Positions 21,158 to 32,559 of a stretch of DNA of 64,000 nucleotides are shown one piece after another. Source of the DNA: Tetramitus jugosus (taxonomy: Eukaryota; Protista; Heterolobosea); assembly GCA_937625935.1 (NCBI GenBank), contig OW569364.1, positions 434,001-498,000 on the forward strand, in the 5' to 3' direction. The stretch's first letter is position 1, and each line of letters opens with the position of its first letter. Under the pieces are notes generated by a model. That model made no database searches. It saw only the letters and a program-made list of their open reading frames with translations, and was not told where the DNA came from. The position numbers and the translations under genes are program-made.

Positions 21158-22156
21158 ATGGAGCCGATCACTGAAATTTGTTCTGCTCTTTGCACGGATA
21201 CCTGGTCAAAAGTCATTGAGTTTTGTGACACTCGAGAATGGTTGCAATTGAGTTACACTTGCAAAGGAATCAATCAATTTAAATTCAATCGATGGCTCAT
21301 GTCCAACAAGAAGAGAAGGCTAAAACGAGGTTTGGAAGAGAAAGAAATTGAACACTTTTTTCGATTAGGAAAAGGAACACTGTTTAATGTTTGCTTGGCC
21401 TTGCGTCAGAATGTGGTGGATGAACATTTTCAATATTTGGAAGGCATTCACACGCTCTCTATGGGTGGTTGCAAGCGGATTACGGACAGTGCTTTTGCTC
21501 ACTTGACTGGTATCCATACACTCTCTATGGTTGGCTGCAAACAAATCCCAGACCATGCGTTTGTTCATCTGGCTGGCATTCATACGCTCCACATCGGTGG
21601 TTGCAAACAAATTACAGACGAGACATTTTCTTACTTGTCTGGCATTCATACGCTCTACATGAGTGGTTGCCACCAAGTCACTGACCATGCATTTTCTCAT
21701 TTGGCTGGAATACATTCACTCCACTTCGCAGGTTGCAAGCAAATCACGGATGATGCATTTCCATACTTGTCTGGCATTCACACACTCTCTATGGGTGGTT
21801 GTGAGAATATTACAGACAATGCCTTCACTTATTTAACTGGCATTCACACACTCTCTATAGGTCGTTGCAAACAAATCACCGATAATGCTTTTACTCATTT
21901 GGTTGGTATTCACACACTTAATATGAGTTATTGTACGAGCATCACAGACAATGCATTTCAGTATTTGACTGGCGTTCAGAGACTTACAATGGATGGATGT
22001 GATCAAGAATCCATCACAGAGAAAGGATTCCTTTTCTTGAAGGGTATTCACACACTTCGTTGGTATCGTAGCCGAAGAGACAATGCCTTTAAAAAGAAAG
22101 TGATTGGTTATTGCGAGTCCAGTTCGATAGCTCTTTATGGCATGGATGGGGAATGA
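21158..22156 (+). CDS. F-box-like / leucine-rich repeat protein (22-aa repeats)
   Basis: About 9-10 tandem GIHTLSMGGCKQITDNAFxxLx repeats. N-terminal LCTDTWSKVIEFC...LSYTCK is F-box-like. Confidence 0.85.
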   Translation: MEPITEICSALCTDTWSKVIEFCDTREWLQLSYTCKGINQFKFNRWLMSNKKRRLKRGLEEKEIEHFFRLGKGTLFNVCLALRQNVVDEHFQYLEGIHTLSMGGCKRITDSAFAHLTGIHTLSMVGCKQIPDHAFVHLAGIHTLHIGGCKQITDETFSYLSGIHTLYMSGCHQVTDHAFSHLAGIHSLHFAGCKQITDDAFPYLSGIHTLSMGGCENITDNAFTYLTGIHTLSIGRCKQITDNAFTHLVGIHTLNMSYCTSITDNAFQYLTGVQRLTMDGCDQESITEKGFLFLKGIHTLRWYRSRRDNAFKKKVIGYCESSSIALYGMDGE

Positions 22157-22466
22157 CAGGATAAATACATTATCAGTACAGTAAAAGAGAACCAGCAACA
22201 GATCCAATGGCAACTTGGTTTATATTCGAGGTAGTTTCAGAGTGTGCTTGGTTGAGGTACACTTAATATCAACCTTATTCAGAACTCAAGTGGGTCTCCT
22301 TATGTTCCTCTCCTCTTCTCTCCCAATGTGTACTCAGATCCTAGAATCACAGCTCTTTGGGTCACAGATTTGATCACATTCACTTTGATGATATGCACTA
22401 CAAGAATCGATCTCATCTGATCATTTTGACGGAGCTCCACAAATGCAGTCCAGTGAGAATGCAAAA

Positions 22467-22585
22467 GCCTACATTACTGAGGGTTCTCGAGTAGTCTCCT
22501 ATCTCAATACTAACTCAGCCAGATGGTGCTTAACTTCTCTATTCGAAATGGGAAGAGGTGGTTCCACCATTGTATGAACGTAGAC
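22467..22585 (-). rRNA. 5S rRNA gene, copy 2
   Basis: Identical to copy 1. TTTT terminator at 22463-22466. Confidence 0.95.
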
Positions 22586-22623
22586 ATTAACAATGAGTTT
22601 GAGAAATTGCTGACATTTTTTAT

Positions 22624-23785
22624 AGCACACACAAACGCTCATTCGGTCGAGCATTTTCCAATCCAACAATCGTCTTCGTGAGGCCAAGCATTCATACTTG
22701 GTATGGTGCGCCAAACTCCTCCACAGTGCGGAGGTAATCGTGAGCCAAAAGAGCGGTCACGAATGCGAGAAGTGCAGCATCGGTTGGCATCTCCCCTCAG
22801 GAGATGCCAAGCTGCTCTTGAAGAGTGGAATCACGAAAAACTCGCAACTGTTCGATGAGGATGGAATAATGGTCATTAAACTGGAGGAGGCCAAGAAGAA
22901 GTTCAAGCTGAAAGGAGTCGGTCCTGCAAGGTACTCTAGGATAAAGGCCTACATGGAGCTCCTTGGAAAACCATGTGAAGAAAGTTGGAGGAAGCAGAGA
23001 GCAATGAAAGATGCCGTAGAAGTGACGGCAGATGGCAGTGTTCTCAGCAATCCCAATGTAAGAGAAGGTTTGATGGAACATTTCGCGCAAGTAAGAGCTG
23101 AGTCTATAAAATCAGATGGAAACTGGAAGTTAGAAGCTGAACTGCAGAAGGATAAGGAGTGGAATGAGTCCTTGAAGTGCCCTTTCGGTCTAGAAAGAGG
23201 TGAGTTGTGGTTTTATCACCAAGTCCGGAGTGGCACCCTGCACACAAAGACTGTAGTACGAGATCTGTATGAACCACTGATGGAAACCATGTGTGCTCAT
23301 TGCAAGAGCGAACCGGAGACGATACTACACCTCTTGGTGGAGTGTGAAGAAGCCAAAAGAGCAAGAAGCGAACTAGTGGAAGAATTCAAGGTTTCATTGA
23401 ACAAACTGGAGTTTATGAGACCAGCCAAGCTCAATCTCTGGTTTGACAATGCGGTGTACGATGATGGCAAAATGCTACCTCGGATCCCCAGTCGAACATC
23501 GGAAGAGCTGCTGGCAGGACTAATGGGTAAAGAAGAGGACCAGAAGGAGGTACTGATGAAGGAAATGGTAGTATATGGCCGCAAGAAGCGGGAAACAAAA
23601 GTGAAAAGATTGGTAAATGCAATGAAAAGATCTTGCATCAAACGAATGTACAAAGTCTGGAAAGACTCGCTAGCGAAGAGACATGCACAATAGCTCAGAA
23701 CCTGCGGTTCTGAGCGACGACATGTCTCATAGTAGTGTATTGAATAAAGTGGCAACAACTGTTGTATGGAAAAAAAAAAAAAAAA
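22624..23785 (+). mobile_element. 5'-truncated LINE (L1/Tx1-like ORF2 C-terminus) inserted 38 bp upstream of 5S copy 2
   Basis: 15-bp TSD GCTGACATTTTTTAT at 22609-22623 and 23786-23800. A16 tail 23770-23785, AATAAA 23743-23748. The reading frame is open up to the 5' junction. Confidence 0.92.
22626..23693 (+). pseudogene. C-terminal fragment of LINE ORF2 with zf-RVT-type CCHC finger
   Basis: CAHCKSEPETILHLLVEC (C-x2-C-x8-H-x4-C) preceded by SGTLHT. No start codon at the junction. The RT and endonuclease domains are lost by truncation. Confidence 0.85.
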
Positions 23786-24047
23786 GCTGACATTTTTTAT
23801 GGAACAACGATGGGACTGTAGAACGTGCTCTTCGAATGAAGGGCCACGAAAAACGGAGTGAGACAAGAGTTATCGCATCGAAAGGCCCACAGCTTCGCAG
23901 TCTTTTTGCTAAACAAGGAAGAAGTACAGAGCAAGTTCGCGTCGTGTTCAAAAAGAGAATTATTGTGTCATGAGGAAAGACTTACGGCAAAATAGAGCCA
24001 TACTTTAAACAGTCAATTAATTACTTATAACGACAAGCAATGTTACG

Positions 24048-24440
24048 CTACAATTTTTGTTTGTCCACAACAGGTCTGATGAAGCCCCACCAGGCGGTCG
24101 TTATCGCCCCCACAATCAATGAAACAACATAAAATCCAATACCATTCGGGTGAGCCTCGCGGTAATTCCCTCTCAAGAATGTTCCCATATGAACCAAGGT
24201 GTAAACGCCGTTGGCACGAATAATGAGCTTCTTTTGTTGTGCTGGTGCTTTCAAACCTGCAAAACACAAGTATGCCACTATCGCATCACCACTTGCCAAA
24301 GCTTGAACCCAAAGTTCAGCTGAAGGAGTTGGGATCCCTCCAAAGTATATAATCGTGTGAGCCGGTGCTAACAAGTACAGCAAGGTCGAGAAGGTGGCCA
24401 AGCTGCCCCAGACACAAAAAAACAAGTTGATTGCTTTCAT
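24048..24440 (-). CDS. Small multi-pass membrane protein
   Basis: 130 aa ORF with about four hydrophobic segments. Confidence 0.6.
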   Translation of the reverse strand: MKAINLFFCVWGSLATFSTLLYLLAPAHTIIYFGGIPTPSAELWVQALASGDAIVAYLCFAGLKAPAQQKKLIIRANGVYTLVHMGTFLRGNYREAHPNGIGFYVVSLIVGAITTAWWGFIRPVVDKQKL

Positions 24441-24451
24441 TTTTTTCTTCT

Positions 24452-26583
24452 TTACATGTTGGGTTCGTGACGTACATCAGTATCTCTTCGAACCAGGAAT
24501 TCAGGTTCCACAGCCTCATGTTCTTCCCAATATTTCTTTGTGTCTTCCAGGTAGTTGAGAATAAATTTCATCTGTGGTAGCATTTTGGAGAAGGATTGAA
24601 ACATGGGGATCACAAGATAATTCACAAATGCAATCTGACCCTTTCCCATGTTGGCCTTTGTGCGGTCCATGAGTGGAGTGACAGGTAGTTCCAACTCTCT
24701 TTCTTTGTCGCCTTGAAGATAGAACTCATCTACAATTCTCTGGGCCCACTTCAAGTAGAGATGGGTTGGTCGACTGGTATTGTTCACATCGGCAACCTTG
24801 ATTATTATTTGCAGAATTAGTCTAATGTCTTCCTTCTTCTTGTAATTGATGCCATTTTCTAGTTTTCCCTTGAACTTGGCAACAAGTTTAGCGTGTCTAC
24901 CCATGTCTGTAGCTAACACCACATCAATGACAGTATCTCTAATTTCTTTCCTCTTTTCTCCTGATAGTCCTGAGAAGATGTTGAATTGAGGCGATTTCAT
25001 CAGTTCGAATGATTGAGCAGAGTGATGATTTTCTAGGATGGAACGATCATTGTAAAGAGTAGCGAGATAAGACTTGGCATTCACTAAGAAAGCATTGTTC
25101 AGTCCTGGATGATCATAGTCATGAATGATTGCGGACAACAGAACAGAGAATATTTCTTCATCCTTAAGGAACTCGGATGCTCCTCCCTTTGCAATTGTGT
25201 AATGAACAACTTGCAAAACATCTGCAGCATGCATGGAGTTGTGATACGGGTTTGGATGATAGCCCGATTCGACTTCCTTCAAAAAATTAATCAACACTTG
25301 TTCGGGGATGTTAAACTTGTTCACGAAGTCATACTTGACCATCAATGTGTAAGCAGTGACGAATAGAACATGGCCATTAGTATACTCATCAATTGCAAAA
25401 ACGTCAAAGTCCCAATCATCCACTCTATCGAATGTTTCTAATATTGCTTGCTTGTCTTTGCTTATTTCTGCATTTTCGGAATCCCACTGAGATCTAGGAA
25501 TTAGAGCAACTACATCTGTCTCCTTCGTTGTTCGAGCTTCAGAGGATGGAACTGAGAACTTGCTTTTCAGATATCCCATTACTTCCATATCTACAACATT
25601 GTCGATGGAATTGGAGAATTGTACGTCCCATTGTTCTTCGTTACACAGGATATTGACAACTTGATTGAAACTTTTTTGCTCGTTTTCTGTAATTGCATTG
25701 TTGGCAATCAGTTTGCTCTTAATTTCGGTCAAAAACTTTAGGATCTTATCAGCGGGAACACCTACTAGATTGCTGTCTTGCTGTTCATTAATGTGCTTGA
25801 CTTCTTCAGTAGTATTCGATGGTTGAGCAGGTGTGGTTTCTTTCTCAGGAAACTTTGAGTTTTGAGGTTCTCTTATTGTTGGTTTCTGAGGTTCAAAGTC
25901 GTCCATTAACTCTTCCTCTTCATAATCTTCTCCATTCTCAAGAGCTAGAATTCTGTTTTCATATTCTTTGATATCGGCTTCCAGTTTAACAATTTTCTCT
26001 GAACCGAGTCGAGCAGAGTAGAATTGATAGAGAGGACTTAGAAAGACGCTCGAGATTCTATGATAGGGATTTTCAACCTTGTTCAGCACGAGCTTCAGAT
26101 TTGTTGTTCCAATCGTAACAAAGTTGAATTCGAGGTTGAGTTTACAGATGGATCCTTCTTCGGTCTGGTCCAACTCCAAAGCAACCTTGTTGTTGAAGAA
26201 TGAGTGCTTCAGAGCATTGAGAAATTGCCAGGTGGAGATGGTTCCATTGACATTTAATCTGTCCCTCTAAATTCACAATAATATGTCAACAAGTGACTCA
26301 ATAATGACAAGAGCAACCAAAAACATACAGTTTCAATCAATTCATCCTCCAGAACAAACTTTTCATAGTAATTTGCGTCATTGTCCACACATGCAAAAAC
26401 CATGCTTCTAAAGTCTGATGGAACGTGAGCTGTACATAGAAAAGCATTCTTGTCCACAAACGCCTCCGTAAATAGTGGTGGAAGAGTGGCCAAATAGGAA
26501 TTGAATCGAGCTCCTTCCTTGTCTGTTATCTCTTCACCATTCATGTGATTCACAATATCAATTTTACTGTTTCCACATCCCAT
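24452..26583 (-). CDS. Class I cyclic-nucleotide phosphodiesterase, probably N-acylated; intron 26267-26328
   Basis: PYHNSMHAADV, HDYDHPG, LENHH, LATDM, KVADVNN, EFYLQGDKE, QIAF. MGCGNS N-terminus. GTATGT...TTTAG intron joins the ORFs in frame. Confidence 0.92.
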
Positions 26584-26758
26584 GTTTTATTAGGTATAGT
26601 CGGTGTTGTTATTTGTTATTTGTGATTGTTGTTGAACGAGTAGCAAATTGGAACTGTACAGAGCGGGTAGTTTGACTTCGACTCCGAAGGGACTTTCGTA
26701 GACGGCGAAGCTCAGAAGACAACGGCTATGAGTTTTGGCGGCGCAAAAGGCCAAAAGC

Positions 26759-29700
26759 TCATTTGAGAAGCAGTTTCACTGCAACCGCAACAGACACCAG
26801 ACCAAGAAATCCTATGATGGACCATGTTAGGATTCGGAGCAAAGAGTTTGTTGAGCTTGCAACTTGTTGTTGATATGTGAAGAGATCTGCGGTTGACAGA
26901 GGCTCAAATGGTGCTCTGTTTTGCGCCTTCATTCCCGTTGATTCTTCATGTGCTGTTCTACGATCTTTCTGTTTCTGCTCTTGCTTTGAGGTTTCTATTT
27001 GATACAGAATCTGGTGCAGAACCTCATTATCAATACTATGCTTGTAGATATCTGATTTGTGCTTGTACCATTCTTGTAACTGTTGCTCAAAGTCTTCTCT
27101 GTGTCTGATTTTGGCCTTGGAACTCTTGTCTGTTGATACAGACATGTTGAACAGGATATTGTTCAACTCGAGCTCAAATAATGTTGTTTGTAACTTGTAG
27201 GCTCTCACATTGTTTTGCAACTCTTCTAATGATCGAATAATGCGATTTTGCCTTGGCACAACAATGAATACACATAAAATACAAAGGCAGGTGATGATCC
27301 ATACAGGTATGTTCACAGATCCAACCAACTTGTCAGGGATACTCATCATGAAGCCCAATGCGTCTGCGAGAAGGCTGGATAATGTTGCCTCCTCAATAGA
27401 TGTAGTTGCAGAAGCTGTCGAGGTTGCTGTAAATGAAGGAGGTAGAACTTGCTGAATTGTTGGAGTCGCTGATGCCCGAGGAGTGACATGGATAGCAGCA
27501 CTAGAAGATTTCTTTCGATCTTTCTTCGTAGCTGTTGCCGCTTTCTTGGAGGACTTACTCGATGGTTTACGATTTGCTTTGCTCGATGAAGACTTCTTCT
27601 TCTCACGCTTTGCTTGAGATAACAATTGTCCCTTGCCCTTTGCATCTAAAACGGCAGCTTTTGCTTGTTCGTACCACAGGCAGTATGAAGATGATGTTTC
27701 CTTGAATGCAGAATCTTCAATCTTCCATCTCAGAAGAGTGGACTTGATGAACATGACACCTAGTTCAATTCGGACTGAACATGTATTTGGCTCCGCGCCA
27801 TCCTTGACATAGATATAGATAATGATACGGAAACAATCTGCATATGGTACATCCAAACTATGCATATTACTCTGAATAACAAATCCGTGACTGTCTTTAG
27901 CCAGTGTGAGCCGTTGGACCATCTTAATACGCGTGATCTTTGGACCTATGGGATTACTCACGGGGCTCATGAAGGAAATGTCTCTTGTCTTTCCGATGCC
28001 ATCAGATGAATCCAACCATGAGGACACTTGGAAGTCAGTATCACCTCGCGTCACATGATGTTGCTGTTCAAAGGGAGAACCATCAGCAGTAATCAAGAAA
28101 AAGAAATCTTTGGCAGAGCATGGCAAAGTCTCATTCACAATATCTTTTGGCTTAAATTTGTCTTTTGCGGGGAAAGTGTCACTCGTAGGTACTGCATTCA
28201 AATCGAGAATGTCACTAGGTTCATAATTGTGTTGATTTCCCGGAACATCTTCCTCTGGTTCTTCGCTCTGTGAACCTTCCTCTGGTTCATCTTCTGCGTG
28301 ACTACTCTTCGGCTTTTTGCCCTCGTCATCTTCTCCATCTTCATCCCCACCAGCATCACCGCCACTTCCATTGCTTTGTTTCTTTCGATCTTTTGAGTTA
28401 CCCTTGGAGGATTCTCCACTTGTGTTATTCTTTGAAGCAGAACCGTTTGCGGACACAGTCACATTTTCTTCTCCGGATGACTTGTTTGAGAATGTCATTC
28501 CCTTGGGAGCACTTCGAGGAGTAGTTCCCATCAGAGGGTGCTCTCTACGGCCAGATTCACTCGGATACAGAGTATTCTCGTGAGGCACATGGTTTGTATC
28601 TACGTGGAGCTTTCTTGGTGCTTCAGACAAAGTTTCCTTTGAGTATTCGCTAGGTGACACAACTGATGATGTTGAGACGAGCTCAGAGTCAGTTTCAACT
28701 TCAGTCTCCAATTCGGACTCCTCTTCGTTTGCTGTTGTATCAGTTGTTAAGTCTTCGGTGTCCTTCAGCACAACAACTTCGGTTTCTTCGTCTTTTGACT
28801 CGTCATTCAGATCTTGAGGCTCTACCTTTTCGACAATTTCAGTCTCAACTTCTTCTAATTGTGTGTCACTATCATCATCGTCATCTTCGCCATCTTCTGT
28901 TTCTTCTGACTCACTCTCTTCGTCGTCATTGTCTTCCTCCTCCTCTTCTGCTTCATCATCAGAATTTCTCAACGGATCAGTAAATGTGTCCTGCATTGTA
29001 TCTATACTGACGTTTCCATCTTTTATCATCTCTCTTCGTTCGAGTTGCTTCTCGTTATGAAGACTCCACAGAGCTTCCAAAATCTTAAATGTCTGGTCTC
29101 TGAACACAAAGGATCCAAAAAAGTGTACTTGACCATCCTTGCACACAAATTCAATCGCATTTGGAACAACGATCGCAGTATACTTTTTCTCCAGCAACAG
29201 AATGCTAGAGAAGGGAATGGCAAGGTTGGTCTTGTAACCAAAAATGTTTGAAGTAAAGCATACATAGTTTTGAGAAATGTACATTCTTCCTTGATTGGGC
29301 ATTCTCCTGTAATATGCACAATACACCTCTACATAAGTTACAATAAAAAGTGTGAGTTCAACTAACAATAATCTCTTTAAAGAAATGTTAGTAACATCGG
29401 GAGCTTCATCTGATAAACTTACCTTCTACAACCTTCTCTGTTGGAGGAACATTGAACAATGATAGGAAATACTTGTTTCTCTCTTGATTCAACTGTGGTG
29501 TCGAACTGAGTGCCAACTCATTGGGATCAATGTCCAACAATACCAATTCATCATCTACATTTTGTTCCATAATGGATTCTTCATGATGAACGTGAGTGCC
29601 TTCATCTTCCTCCTCTTCTTCTTCTTGCTCATCCTCACTTTTCTTGTGATCAAAGTATTCGTCATTCATACGATGATTAGAGAGATCAACTGAAGCAGCA

Positions 29701-30521
29701 GCAGCAGCAGGAATCATAAAATCTTCCAAGAGTGGATCATTGACTTCCACTTGTGCCTCTGAATGGCGCAACTGATTCGATGAGTAAATGTTGAGTGATT
29801 GAACTGAACTTAGCTTAAATGATTCATCATCATCATCATCATCACTCTTATCATTGTCATCATAGTCTTGTGACTCATCAATGAATGATGAATCATTATT
29901 GCTATAAAATTCTTCATCTTCTTCTTCGTTTTGATGATGAATGTTGTCAGTAGTAGTAGTAGTAGTAATAGTAGGATTACTGATGATATGGCTGTTGGTC
30001 ATGTTGTGGTTGGTGAATTGTTGGTGAAGCTCTTCATTATCATCAGTATCATTACTATAAGTGAAAAATTCATCATCATCATCATCATGCTCTTCTTCTT
30101 CTTCTTCTTCCTCTGTTGTATCATATGCTTCTTCATGCAATGACGATGATAATGATACTTGAGTTTTTACAGTTGGTGGAGAGTGATTGTTGTTGGTTTC
30201 AACGGCATGTTGTTGCTGTTGAGCTAATTTGTTCAAATTTTGCTGTTGTTGCTGCTGTTTGAGAGCTGAGATAGAACTGTCGGAGAAATAAGACACAGGA
30301 TCGAGTTGGTGAGGGTGATTGGTTGGGTGGAACCTGTTGGTTGTTACCAGGTCATCTTCAGCCATTGTTGGTGATGTGCTGTGGATATTATTATGGTGGT
30401 GGTGATGATGAGTGGTTTGTGCGAAATGAATTCTCTCCAGTAGGTTAAAATATTTGGGTTGTTGTTGAGTTTGGAGTTGGTGTTGTGCTTGTGAGGAATT
30501 TTTTTGTTCGTTTTGCGCCAT
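26759..30521 (-). CDS. GRAM + VASt (StART-like) + TM lipid-transfer protein (GRAMD1/Lam-like); intron 29329-29422
   Basis: QGRMYISQNYVCFTSNIFG (GRAM), DVPYADCF (VASt), C-terminal hydrophobic segments, acidic linkers. GTAAGT...GTAG intron. Confidence 0.88.
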
Positions 30522-30913
30522 TGAAACCTAGCTATTTTTATATTTGAGCTGAGGCGGGATTCTTTTTGAGCGAACTGGTGGTGTGATAACTTGAGTTCAA
30601 ATGATGGTGTCGATGCAGAGATTGGTTGCATGAGAGATCATTCAAGGATATCATCAAAGTTATAAACAAGGAATCATATACAGTAGAAATCTCTTTTCTT
30701 CACAATATGCACAATAGGTCCGGATCTTCCAGTTTGGAGAGTTCGTTTTTTGTCACTTGTCATCCTTTTTTCTTGTTTCGAGTTGAGAGAAGAAGATTTC
30801 CCTCCGGAAGAAAAACAAAGAAGAAGCCAACCAATCAAAACAACACCATTATCATCGATTAGGAAAATCCTTCTATCCCCAACCAACCTACCATATATCG
30901 ATATAGATTTTGA

Positions 30914-32392
30914 ATGCTAGAAAACAAGTCAATTGGGGCTCGATACACCTATACCAATGTTTCATTGCGGACTTTTTCACTGTGTGCAGTGTTCATGGTG
31001 TATGTTCTGTTGATGCTGTATGCAGTGTTGGGTCTGCTCGTTGGATCCTACAATTCAGTGACTTGGCAAAAAGGAACTTGTCATGTTTTGTCCTATTCCA
31101 ATCACACTACTAGTAGCAGTAGCACCAGTGGTAGCGATTTGCAAAGTGAGATTGATAACGCAGAAATTTCTTCTTCTTTGCAGCGATTCGTGCTTCAACC
31201 AAGATTTCTTTGTGCTTCTGCTAGTGTTCACTATGTGTCGTCACAAGATCAATTGAAAGAAGTGAGCGCATCCAACTGGATATATCATTATAACCGAACA
31301 GACACTGAAATGTATTATTGTGCTGTTCGTGCGACACAAAAGAAAAACAAATCGTTGCTTGAAAAGAGTGTGCTGAGTTGTGTACAGGAGGAAATTGTTG
31401 CACGCCCGTCCAATTATTCTTATAATTGTACGATGAATATGGTGGAGAGCAATGGTGGTGAATATGTATGGGAGTGGGGAGCTGCATTGAAGAAACGAAG
31501 TGAAAATGTACACTCGTTTTTGGTCATTGTGTTGCCTGTAATGATTACAGCTCTCGTTGTTATCGTTGCTTCATTCATCTCACTCTTGTTCATCAAGATT
31601 CGAAAAGATCACAATAGCAATAACAAAAAGGTGTCTCTATGGGAGTATCTAGGACCCAGAGATGAGAGCACGGGTGTAGATATGACTGGTTATGAGTTTG
31701 TGAAGAGTATTCCGTTCGCGAGCTACCAGAAGAAAATGGTTCACATTATGCAGCGGAGTCGAGGACTTAGAGCGGATGGCAGTGGTGATTCGTGTGCGGG
31801 TGAACAAGAACCGTTTCCACCTCAAGATGTTCCACCTTCTCCCGTGAGCAAGGATGAAGAACAAGTCATTGATAATGATGTTCTGTGGACGTATAGACCG
31901 CCTGTTATGGGGCAATTGGCAAACAGGAAATCCGCACTTGCGATCTATTTGATAATCATGGCTGTACTATTCGGATTTCTGTCGCTGTGTATCACTGGTG
32001 GTGTGCGGAATCAAAGCTTTTTGATCTCATTCCTCTGTTTGTACTGCGTTTTATTGATGGTCGTGTGCACAGTCATGTTTTATCATACGGTGAGCAGGAC
32101 AATGTACATAATGACAGTGGATCGAATCTTTGTGATATACAACAGATTCTTTTCGATACACATTTACTGCATCGAAACGAATAAGCTAGACCATGTGGAC
32201 TACAATATTGAGGGCAAGAATGTTGTTCTGGGCAAGGTCGTTCTCCAGCACAATGTGTTTGTTCCCATTCAGTTCGACTATGTTGTCGATGTGAACTATG
32301 TTCGCTCCGTCGTTGAAGGCAACAGAGCTACCACCCAAACACCCTTTGACTTTCACCAACACCGGAGTCATGCCATCGACTATTTTGACTGA
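30914..32392 (+). CDS. Membrane protein of unknown function
   Basis: 492 aa ORF, about four TM segments, Cys-containing extracellular loop. Confidence 0.65.
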   Translation: MLENKSIGARYTYTNVSLRTFSLCAVFMVYVLLMLYAVLGLLVGSYNSVTWQKGTCHVLSYSNHTTSSSSTSGSDLQSEIDNAEISSSLQRFVLQPRFLCASASVHYVSSQDQLKEVSASNWIYHYNRTDTEMYYCAVRATQKKNKSLLEKSVLSCVQEEIVARPSNYSYNCTMNMVESNGGEYVWEWGAALKKRSENVHSFLVIVLPVMITALVVIVASFISLLFIKIRKDHNSNNKKVSLWEYLGPRDESTGVDMTGYEFVKSIPFASYQKKMVHIMQRSRGLRADGSGDSCAGEQEPFPPQDVPPSPVSKDEEQVIDNDVLWTYRPPVMGQLANRKSALAIYLIIMAVLFGFLSLCITGGVRNQSFLISFLCLYCVLLMVVCTVMFYHTVSRTMYIMTVDRIFVIYNRFFSIHIYCIETNKLDHVDYNIEGKNVVLGKVVLQHNVFVPIQFDYVVDVNYVRSVVEGNRATTQTPFDFHQHRSHAIDYFD

Positions 32393-32559
32393 TGAAACAA
32401 TTCATGAGGCCACAAAGAAACAAAACTGCGAGTCGCACGAACATGCAAAAAACACTGGTGTGTTCATGATTTGGTTGGCAATCGACATCATCCATAAAAA
32501 ACCTTTTCACACGAACAAACAACCTTGTTCATCAAAGCTCCTTCCAGATATCTCCAAAA

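Noticed and set aside
21440-22060. 66-bp periodic repeats resembling a CRISPR array
   Set aside because: In-frame leucine-rich repeats in a eukaryotic gene, with no unique spacers or cas genes.
19222-22586. 125-bp direct repeats as LTRs of one element
   Set aside because: The repeats are 5S genes. There is no TG...CA, PBS, gag/pol or outer TSD.
23798-23810. TATGGAACAAC just right of the TSD resembling an element end
   Set aside because: No A tail or bracketing repeat. Too short to call another stub.
26728-26762. Inverted repeat ATGAGTTTTGGC...GCCAAAAGCTCAT
   Set aside because: Single imperfect hairpin over a stop codon. No ncRNA family recognised.
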